64,000 bases of DNA from Octopus sinensis (Eukaryota): contig NC_042999.1 in assembly GCF_006345805.1 (NCBI RefSeq), positions 42,842,001-42,906,000 of the forward strand, read 5' to 3'. The translations under genes and the position numbers were made by a program. The notes beneath the pieces were generated by a model. The model searched no databases and was not told the DNA's origin. It was given only the letters and a program-made list of their open reading frames with translations. Shown here one piece after another: positions 52,801 to 64,000 of the stretch (position 1 is its first letter; each line of letters starts with the position of its first letter).

Positions 52801-55800
52801 CATCTACAAAATAAAAGCGAGAGAAAATTAATTCCAGGTATATTCCAACTACTAAACCCATCTAACTAGTTTAATCGCTTCTCAATATAAACTTCGATGG
52901 ACATCTGCAAGATAAAAGCAAGAAAAATTAATTCCAGGTATATTCCAACTACTAAACCCATCTAACTAGTTTAATCGCTTCTCAATATAATCTTCGATGG
53001 ACATCTGCAAGATAAAAGCAAGAGAAAATTAATTCCAGGTATATTCCAATTACTAAACCCATCTAACTAGTTTAATCGCTTCTCAATATAATCTTCGATG
53101 GACATCTGCAAGATAAAAGCAAGAAAAAATTAATTCCAGGTATATTCCAACTACTAAACCCATCTAACTAGTTTAATCGACTCTCAATATAATCTTCGAT
53201 GGACATCTGCAAGATAAAAGCAAGAAAAAATTAATTCCAGGTATATTCCAACTACTAAACCCATCTAACTAGTTTAATCGCTTCTCAATGTAATCTTCGA
53301 TGGACATCTGCAAGATAAAAGCAAGAAAAAATTAATTCCAGGTATATTCCAACTAGTAAACCCATCTAACTAGTTTAAACGCTTCTCAATATGATCTTCG
53401 ATGGACATCTGCAAGTTAAAAGCAAGAAAAAATTAATTCCAGGTATATTCCAACTACTAAACCCATGTAACTAGTTTAATCGCTTCTCAATATAATCTTC
53501 GATGGACATCTGCAAAATAAAACTAAGAAAAAATTAATTCCAGGTATATCCCAACTACTAAACCCATCTAACTAGTTTAATCGCTTCCCAATATAATCTT
53601 CGATGGACATCTACAAGATAAAAGCAACAACAAAAAATTAATTCCAGGTATATTCCAACTACTAAACCCATCTAACTGGTTTAATCGCTTCTCAATATAA
53701 TCTTCGATGGACATCTGCAAGATAAAAGCAAGAAACAATTAATTCCAGGTATATTCCAACTACTAAATCGATCTATTTTTTTTAATCCCTTCTCAATATA
53801 ATCTTCGATGGACATCTGCAAGATAAAAGCAAGATAAAATTAGTTCCAGGCATATTCCAACTACTAAACCCATCTAAATAGTTTAATTGCTTCTCAATAT
53901 AATCTTCGATGGACATCTGCAAAATAAAAACCAGAAAAAATTATTTCCAGGTATATTCCAACTACTAAACCCATCTAACTAGTTTAATCGTTTCTCAATA
54001 TAATCTTCGATGGACATCTGCAAGATAAAAGCAAGAAAAAATTAATTCCAGGAATATTCCAACTACTAAACCCATCTAACTAGTTTAATCGCTTCTCAAT
54101 TTAATCTTCGATGGAGATCTGCAAAATAAAAGCAAGAAGAAATTAATTCCAGGTATATTCCAACTACTAAACCCATCTAACTAGTTTAATCGCTTCTCAA
54201 TATAATCTTCGATGGACATATGCAAAATAAAAGCAAGAAAAAATTAATTCCAGGTATATTCCAACTACTAAACCCATCTAACTAGTTTAATCGCTTCTCA
54301 ATAAAATCTTCAATGGACATCTGCAAGATAAAAGCAAGAAAAAATTAATTCCAAGTATATTCCAACTGCTAAACCCATCTAACTAGTTTAATCGCTTCTC
54401 AATATAATCTTCGATGGACATCTGCAGAATAAATGCAAGAAAAAATTGATTCCAGGTATATTCCAACTACTAAACCCATCTAACTGATTTAATCGCTTCT
54501 CAATATAATCTTTGATGGACATCAACAAGATAAAAGCAAGAGAAAATTAATTCCAGGTATATTCCAACTACTAAACCCATCTAACTGGTTTAATCGCTTC
54601 TCAATATAATCTTCGATGGACATCTGTAAAATAAAAGCAAGAAAAAATTATTTCCAGGTATATTCCAACTTCTAAACCCATCTAACTAGTTTAATCGCTT
54701 CTCAATATAATCTTCGATGGACATCTGCAACATAAAAGCAAGAAAAAATTAATTCCAGATATATTCCAACTAGTAAACCCATCTAACTAGTTTAATCGCT
54801 TCTCAATATAATCTTTGATGGACATCTACAAGATAAAAGCAAGAGAAAATTAATTCCAGGTATATTCCAACTACTAAACCCATCTAATTGGTTTAATCTC
54901 TTCTCAATATAAGCTTTGAGGGACATCTACAAGATAAAAGCAAGAAAAAAATTAATTCCAGGTATATTCCAACTACTAAACCCATCTTACTGGTTTAATC
55001 GCTTCTCAATATAATCTTCGATGGACGTCTGCAAGATAAAAGCAACAAAATATTAATTCCAGGTATATTCCAACTACTAAATCGATCTATTATTTTTAAT
55101 CCCGTCTCAATATAATCTTTGATGGACGTCTGCAAGATAAAAGCAAGAAAAAATTAATTCCAGGTATGTTCCAACTACTAAATCGATCTAATTTTTTAAT
55201 CCCTTCTCAATATAATCTTCGATGGACATCTGCAAGATAAAAGCAAGAGAAAATTAATTCCAGGCTTATTCTAACTACTAAATCGATCTATTTTTTTTAA
55301 TCCCTTCTCAACATAATCTTCGATGGACATCTGCAAAATAATAGCAAGAAAAAATTATTTCCAGGTATATTCCAACTACTAAACCCATCTAACTAGTTTA
55401 ATGGCTTCTCAATATAATCTTCGATGGACATCTGCAAGATAAAAGCAAGAAAACATTAATTCCAGGTATATTCCAACTACTAAACCCATCTAACTAGTTT
55501 AATCGCTTCTCAATATAATCTTCGATGGACATCTGCAAAATAAAAGCAAGAAAAAATTAATTCCAGGTATATTCCAACTACTAAACCCATCTAACTAGTT
55601 TAATCGCTTCTCAATATAATCTTCGATGGACATCTGCAAGATAAAAGCAAGAAAAAATTAATTCCAGGTATATTCCAACTACTACACCCATCTAACTAGT
55701 TTAATCGATTCACAATATAATCTTCGATGGACATCTACAAAATAAAAGCGAGAAAAAATTAATTCCAGGTATATTCCAACTACTCAACCCATCTAACTAG

Positions 55801-58800
55801 TTTAATCGCTTCTCAATATAATCTTCGATGGACATCTGCAAGATAAAAGAAACAAAATTTAATTCCGGGTATATTCCAACTACTAAACCAATCTAACTTG
55901 TTTAATCGCTTCTCCGTATACTCTTCGATGTATATCTGCAAAATAAAAGCAAGAGAAAATTAATTCCAGGTATATTCCAACTACTAAGCCCATCTAACTA
56001 GTTTAATCGCTTCTCAATATAATCTTCGATGGACATCTGCAAAATAAAAGCGATAAAAATTTAATTCCAGGTATATTCCAACTACTAAACCCATGTAACT
56101 AGTTCAATCCCTTCTCAATATAATCTTCGATGGACATCTGCAAAATAAAAGCAAGAAATTATTAATTCCAGATATATTCCAACTAGTAAACCCATCTAAC
56201 TACTTTAATCGCTTCTCAATATAATCTTCGATGGACATCTGCACAATAAAAGCAAGAAAAAATTTATTCCAGGTATATTCCAGCTACTAAACCCATCTAA
56301 CTAGTTTAATCGTCTCTCAATATAATCTTCGATGGACATCTGCAAAATAAAATCAAGAAAAAATTAATTCCAGGTATATTCCAACTACTAATCCCATCTA
56401 ACTAGTTTAATCGCTTCTCAATATAATCTTCGATGGACATCTGCAAAATAAAAGCAAGAAAAAATTAATTCCAGGGATATTCCAACTACTAAACCCATCT
56501 AACTAGTTTAATCGCTTCTCAATATAATCTTCGATGGACATCTGCAAAATAAAAGCGAGAAAAGATTAATTCCCGGTATATTCCATCTACTAAACCCATC
56601 TAACTAGTTTAATCGCTTCTCAATATAATCTTCCATGGGCATCTGCAAGATAAAAGCAAGAAAAAATTAATTCCAGGTATATTCCAACTACTAAACCCAT
56701 CTAACTAGTTTAATCGCTTCTCAATATAATCTTCGATGGACATCTGCAAAATAAAAGCAAGAAAAAATTAGTTCCAGGTATATTCCAACTACTAAACCCA
56801 TCTAACTAGTTTAATCGCTTCTCAATATAATCTTCGATGGACATCTGCAAAATAAAAGCAAGAAAAAATTAATTCCAGGTATATTCCAACTACTAAACCC
56901 ATCTAACTAGTTTAATCGCTTCTCAATATAATCTTCGATGGACATCTGTAAATTAAAAGCGAGAAATGATTATTTCCAGGTATATTCCAACTACTAAACC
57001 CATCTAACTAGTTTAATTGCTTCTCAATATAATCTTCGATGGACATCTGCAAGATAAAAGCAAGAAAAAATTAATTCCAGGTATATTCCAACTACTAAAC
57101 CCATCTAACTAGTTTAATCGCTTCTCAATATAATCTTCGATGGACATCTGCATAATAAAAGCAAGAAAAAATTAATTCCATGTATATTCCAACTACTAAA
57201 CCCATCTAACTAGTTTAATCGCTTCTCAATATAATCTTTGATGGACATCTGCAAAATAAAAGCAAGAAAAAATTAATTCCAGGTATATTCCAACTACTAA
57301 ACCCGTATGACTAGTTTAATTGCTTCTCAATATAATCTTCGATGGACATCTGCAAAATAAAAGCGAGAAAAACTTAATTCCAGGTATATTCCAACTACTA
57401 AACCCATGTAACTAGTTTAATCCATTCTCAATATAATCTTCGATGGACATCTGCAAGATAAAAGCATTAAAAAATTAATTGCCCGTATATTCCAAATACT
57501 AAACCAAAAAATTAATTCCAGGTATATTCCATCTACTCAACCCAAAAATTAATTGCAGGTATATTCCAACTACTAAACCCATCTAACTAGTTTAATCGCT
57601 TCTCAATATTATCTTCGATGGACATCTACGAGATAAAAGCAAGAAAAAATTAATTCCAGGTATATTTCAACCACTAAACCCATCTAACTAGTTTACTCGC
57701 TTTTCAATATAATCTTCGATGGACCTCTAGAAGAGACAAGCAAGAAAAAATTAATTTCAGGTATATTCCAACTACTAAACCCATCTAACTAGTTTAATCG
57801 CTTTTCAGTATAATCTTCGATGGACATCTGCAAGATAAAAGCAACAAAAAATTAATTCCAGGTATATTCCAACTACTAAACCCATCTACTAGTTTAATCG
57901 CTCCTCAATATGATTTTCGATGGACATCTACAAGGTAATAGCAAGAAGATATTAATTCCCAGCTTTTTTCAACTACTAAATCCATCTATTTATTTTAATC
58001 GCTTCTCAATATAATTTTCAATGGACATCTGCAAGATAAAAGCAAGAGAAAATTAATTCCAATCATATTCCAACTATAAAACCAATCTAACTAGTTCAAT
58101 CGCTTCTCAATATAATCTTCGATGGACATCTGCAAGATAAAAGCAAGAAAGAAATTAATTCCAGGTATATTCCAAATACTAAACCAAAAAAGTAATTCTA
58201 GGTATATTCCAACTACTCAACCAAAAAATTATTTCCAGGTATATTCCAACTACTTAACCCATCTAACTAGTTTAATTTCTTCTCAATATAAACTTTGATG
58301 GACATCTGCAAGATAAAAGCAAGAAAAAAATTAATTCCAGGTGTATTCCAACAACTAAACCAAAAAATTAATTCCAGGTATATTCCAACTACCTAACCAA
58401 AAAATTAATTCCAGGTATATTCAAACTACCTAACCAAAAAATTAATTCCAGTCATATTCCAACTACTAAACCCATCTAACTAGTTTAATCGCTTCTCAAT
58501 ATAATCTTCGATGGACATCTGCAAAATAAAAGCAAAAAAAAATTAATTCCAGGTATATTCCAACTACTAAACCCATCTAACTAGTTTAATCGCTTTCAGT
58601 ATAATCTTCGATGGACATCTGCAAGATAAAAGCAAAAAAAAATTAATTCCAGGTATATCCAACTACTAAAACCATCTTACTAGTTTAATCGCTCCTCAAT
58701 ATGATTTTCGATGGACATCTACAAGGTAATAGCAAGAAGAATTAATTCCAGCTTTTTCCAACTACTAAATCCATCTATTTATTTTAATCGCTTCTCAATA

Positions 58801-61800
58801 TAATTTTCAATGGACATCTGCAAGATAAAAGCAAGAGAAAAATTAATTCCAGTCATATTCCAAATATTAAACCAATCTAACTAGTTTAATCGCTTCTCAA
58901 AATAATCTTCGATGGACATCTGCAAGATAAAAGCAGAAAGAAGAAAGAAAAATTATTCAGGTATATTCCCAAATACTTAACCAAAATAGTAATTCCAGGT
59001 ATATTCCAACTACTCAACCAAAAAAAATTACTTCCAGGTATATTCCAACTACTAAACCATCTAACTAGTTTAATTTCTTCTCAATATAACTTTGATGGAT
59101 ATCTGCAAGATAAAAGCAAGAAAAAAATTATTCCAGGTGTATTCCAACTACTAAACAAAAAATTAATTCCAGGTATATTCCAACTACCTAACCAAAAAAT
59201 TAATTCCAGGTATATTCAAACTACCTAACCAAAAAATTATTTCCAGTCATATTCCAACTACTAAACCCATCTAACTAGTTTAATCGCTTCTCAATATAAT
59301 CTTCGATGGACATCTGCAAAATAAAAGCAAGAAAAAATTAATTCCAGGTATATCCCAACTACTAAACCCATCTAACTAGTTTAATCGCTTCTCAATATAA
59401 TCTTCGATGGACATCTGCAATATAAAAGCGAGAAAATATTAATTTCAGGTATCTTCCAAATACTAAACCCATGTAACTAGTTTAATCCCTTCTCAATATA
59501 ATCTTCGATGGACATCTGCAAGACAAAAGCAAGAACAAATTAATTCCAGGTATATTCCAACTACTAAACCCATCTAACTAGTTTAATCGCTTCTCAATAT
59601 AATCTTCGATGGACATCTGCACAAAAAAAGCAAGAAAAAATTAATTCCAGGTATATTCCAACTACTAAACCCATCTAACTAGTTTAATTGTTTCGCAATA
59701 TAATCTTCGATGGACATCTGCGAAAATAAAAGCAACAAAAATTAATTCCAGGTATATTCCAACTACTAAACCCATGTAACTAGTTTAATCGCTTCTCAAT
59801 ATAATCTTCGATGGACATCTGCAAAAATAAAAGCAAGAAAGAATTAATTCCAGGTATATTCCAACTACTAAACCCATCTAACTAGTTTAATCGCTTCTCA
59901 ATATAATCTTCGATGGACATCTGCAAATAAAAGCAAGAAAAAATAATTCCAGGTATATTCCAACTACTAAACCCATCTAACTAGTTTAATCGATTCTCAA
60001 TATAATCTTCGATGAGATCTGCAAAGAAAGAAAAAGAAGAAAAACATTAATTCCAGGTATATTCCAACTACTAAACCCATCTAACTAGATTAATCGCGTC
60101 TCAATATAATCTTCGATGGTCATCTGCAAAATAGAAGCGAGAAAAAGTTAATTCCAGGTATATTCCAACTACTAAACCCATCTAACTAGTTTAATCGCTT
60201 CTCAATATAATTTTCGATGGACATCTGCAAGATAAAAGCAAGACAAAATTAGTTCCAGGTATATTCCAACTACTTAACCCATCTAACTTGTTTAATCGCT
60301 TCTCAATATAATCTTCGATGGACATCTGCAAGATAAAAGCAAGAAAAAATTAATTCCAGGTATATTCCAACTAGTAAACCCATCTAACTAGTTAAATCGC
60401 TTCTCAATATAATCTACGATGGACATCTGCTAGATAAAAGCAAGAGAAAATTAATTCCAGGTATATTCAGACTACTAAACCCATCTAGCTAGTTCAATCG
60501 CTTCTCAATATAATTTTCGATGGACATCTGCAAGATAAAAGCAAGAAAAAATTAATTCCAGGTATATTCCAACTACTAAACCCATCTAACTATTTTAATC
60601 GCTTCTCAATATAATCTTCGATGGACATCTGCAAGAAAAAAGCGAGAAAAATAAATTCCAGGTATATTCCAACTACAAAACCCATCTACCTAGTTTAATC
60701 GCTTCTCAATATAATCTTCGATGGACATCTGCAAGATAAAAGCAACAAAAAATTAATTCCAGGTATATTCCAACTACTAAACCCATCTAACTAGTTTAAT
60801 CGCTTCTCAATATAATCTTCGAGGGACATCTGCAAGACAAAAGCAAGAAAAAATTAATTCCAGGTATATTCCAACTACAAACCCATCTAACTAGTTTAAT
60901 CGCTTCTCAATATAATCTTCAATGGACATCTGCATAATAAAGCAAGAAGAAATTATTCCAGGTATATTCCAACTACTAAACCCATCTAACTAGTTTAATC
61001 GCTCTCAATATAATCTTCGATGGACATCTGCAAAAAAAGCAAGAAAAATTAATTCCAGGTATATTCAAACTACTAAACCATCTAACTATTTTAATCGCTT
61101 CACAATATAATCTTCGATGGACATCTGCAAGATTAAAGCAAGAGAAAAAATTAATTCCAGGTATATTCCAACTATTAAACCCATCTAACTAACACAATCG
61201 CTTCTCAATATAATCTTCGATGGACATCTGCAAAATAAAAGCAAGAGAAAATTAATTCCAGGTATATTCCAACTACTAAGCCCATCTAACTAGTTTAATC
61301 GCTTCTCAATATAATCTTCGATGGACATATGCAAAATAAAAGCGATAAAAAATTAATTCCAGGTATATTCCAACTACTAAACCCATCTAACTAGTTTAAT
61401 CGATTTTCAGTATATCTTCTTTGATGGACATCTGCAAGATAAAAGCAACAAAAAATTAATTCCAGGTATATTCCAACTACTAAACCCATCTACTAGTTTA
61501 ATCGCTCCTCAATATGATTTCGATGGACATCTACAAGGTAATAGCAAGAGATATTAATTCCAGCTTTTCCAACTACTAAATCATCTATTTTTTAATCGCT
61601 TCTCAATATAATTTTCAATGGACATCTGCAAGATAAAAGCAAGAGAAAATTAATTCCAGTCATATTCCAACTATTAAACCCATCTAACTAGTTTAATCGC
61701 TTCTCAATATAATCTTCGATGGACATCTGCAAGATAAAAGCAAGAAAGAAATTAATTCCAGGTATATTCCAAATACTAAACCAAAAAAGTAATTCCAGGT

Positions 61801-64000
61801 ATATTCCAACTACTCAACCAAAAAAATTTTTCCAGGTATATTCCAACTACTAAACCCATCTAACTAGTTTAATTTCTTCTCAATATAAACTTTGATGGAC
61901 ATCTGCAAGATAAAAGCAAGAAAAAAATTAATTCCAGGTGTATTCCAACTACTAAACCAAAAAATTAATTCCAGGTATATTCCAACTACCTAACCGAAAA
62001 ATTAATTCCAGGTATATTCAAAGACCTAACCAAAAAAATTAATTCCAGTATATTCCAACTACTAAACCCATCTAACTAGTTTAATCGCTTCTCAATATAA
62101 TCTTCGATGGACATCTGCAAAATAAAGCAAGAAAAATTAATTCCAGGTATATTCCAACTACTAAACCCATCTAACTAGTTTAATCGCTTCTCAATATAAT
62201 CTTCGATGGACATCTGCAAAATAAAAGCGAGAAAAAATTAATTTCAGGTATCTTCCAAATACTAAACCCATCTAACTAGTTTAATCCCTTCTCAATATAA
62301 TCTTCGATGGACATCTGCAAGACAAAAGCAAGAAAAAATTAATTCCAGGTATATTCCAACTACTAAACCCATCTAACTAGTTTAATCGCTTCTCAATATA
62401 ATCATCGATGGACATCTGCACAATAAAAGCAAGAAAAAATTAATTCCAGGTATATTCCAACTACTAAACCCATCTAACTAGTTTAATCGTTTCGCAATAT
62501 GATCTTCGATGGACATCTGCAAAATAAAAGCAACAAAAAATTAATTCCAGGTATATTCCAACTACTAAACCCATGTAACTAGTTTAATCGCTTCTCAATA
62601 TAATCTTCGATGGACATCTGCAGAATAAAAGCAAGAAAGAATTAATTCCAGGTATATTCCAACTACTAAACCCATCTAACTAGTTTAATCGCTTCTCAAT
62701 ATAATCTTCGATGGACATCTGCAAAATAAAAGCAAGAAAAAATTAATTCCAGGTATATTCCAACTACTAAACCCATCTAACTAGTTTAATCGCTTCTCAA
62801 TATAATCTTCGATGGACATCTGCAAGATAAAAGCAAGACAAAATTAGTTCCAGGTATATTCCAACTACTTAACCCATCTAACTTGTTTAATCGCTTCTCA
62901 ATATAATCTTCGATGGACATCTGCAAGATAAAAGCAAGAAAAAATTAATTCCAGGTATATTCCAACTAAAACCCATCTAACTAGTTTAATCGCTTCTCAA
63001 TATTATCTACGATGGACATCTGCAAGATAAAAGCAAGAAAAAAATTAATTCCAGGTATATTCCAACTACTAAACCCATCTAGCTGTTTAATCGCTTCTCA
63101 ATATAATTTCGATGGACATCTGCAAGATAAAGCAAGAAAAAATTAATTCCAGGTATATTCCAACTACTAAAACCATCTAACTAGTTTAATCGCTTCTCAA
63201 TATAATCTTCGATGGACATCTGCAAAAAGAAAAGCGAGAAAAAATAAATTCCAGGTATGTTCCAACTACAAAACCCATCTAACTAGTTTAATCGCTTCTC
63301 AATATAATCTTCGATGGACATCTGCAGGATAAAGAAAGAGAAAAATTAATTCCAGGTATATTCCAACTACTAAACCCATCTAACTAGTTAATCGCTTCTC
63401 AATATAATCTTCGATGGACATCTGCAAGTAAAGTAAAAGCAAGAAAAAAATTAATTCCAGTATATTCCAACTACTAAACCCATCTAACTAGTTTAATCGC
63501 TTCTCAATATAATCTTCGATGGACATCTGCAAAAAAAAAAGCGAGAAAAAATAAATTCCAGGTATATTCCAACTACTAAACCCATCTAACTAGTTTAATC
63601 GCTTCTCAATATAATCTTCGATGGACATGTGCAAGATAAAAGCAAGAAAAAATTAATTCCAGGTATATTCCAACTACAAAACCCATCTAACTAGTTTGAT
63701 CGCTTCTCAATATAATCTTCAATGGACATCTGCATAATAAAAGCAAGAAAAAATTTATTCCAGGTATATTCCAACTACTAAACCCATCTAACTAGTTTAA
63801 TCGCTTCTCAATATAATCTTCGATGGACATCTGCAAAATAAAAGCAAGAAAAAATTAATTCCAGGTATATTCCAACTACTAAACCAATCTAACTATTTTA
63901 ATCGCTTCACAATATAATCTTCGATGGACATCTGCAAGATTAAAGCAAGAAAAAATTAATTCCAGGTATATTCCAACTACTAAACCCATCTAACTAGCAC
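40830..64000. repeat. 101-bp satellite DNA array, about 230 monomers, truncated by the window end
   Basis: Consensus ccaggtatattccaactactaaacccatctaactagtttaatcgcttctcaatataatcttcgatggacatctgcaagataaaagcaagaaaaaattaatt (101 nt; period checked 45601 to 45702). No TE insertions seen; copy number estimated from length/101. Confidence 0.98.

Noticed and set aside
40830-64000. Satellite as a CRISPR array or a coding repeat
   Set aside because: No unique spacers and no cas genes; eukaryotic context; the 101-bp unit is not a multiple of 3 and has stops in all minus-strand frames, and the ORF track reports essentially nothing here.
40830-64000. CENP-B-box-like CTTCGATGGACATCTGC in each monomer
   Set aside because: Matches TTCG and the central A but only 1 of the 4 CGGG positions (6 of 9 essential bases); not persuasive.

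Overview
AT-rich eukaryotic DNA made almost entirely of repeats, with no recognisable intact host gene. The SINE repertoire and microsatellite load resemble an Octopus genome (inference from recalled SINE families, not verified). Bases 1-18 kb hold tRNA-derived SINEs of several families, microsatellites, a decayed full-length mariner, a 681-bp palindrome and several Penelope-type terminal-repeat (pLTR) fragments. 18.9-23.9 kb is a young, frameshifted Neptune-type Penelope-like element (PLE; RT + Zn-finger-like linker + GIY-YIG) between 309-bp direct repeats. 25.7-31.1 kb is a degenerate (GT)n tract followed by a second, GC-rich PLE on the minus strand. 32.9-33.7 kb is a CR1-type LINE remnant. 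36-41 kb holds a 36-bp minisatellite and six diverged minus-strand splice-acceptor/short-exon-like cassettes. 40.8-64 kb is a 101-bp satellite (about 230 copies, running off the window) with higher-order structure, apparently amplified from one of those cassettes. The most notable signals are seven hammerhead-ribozyme-like motifs between 9.9 and 25.5 kb. Two have a non-circularly permuted strand order with compensatory base changes between them, and one pair has a U3-A8 core variant. All RNA structures were paired by eye and coordinates of decayed elements are approximate.
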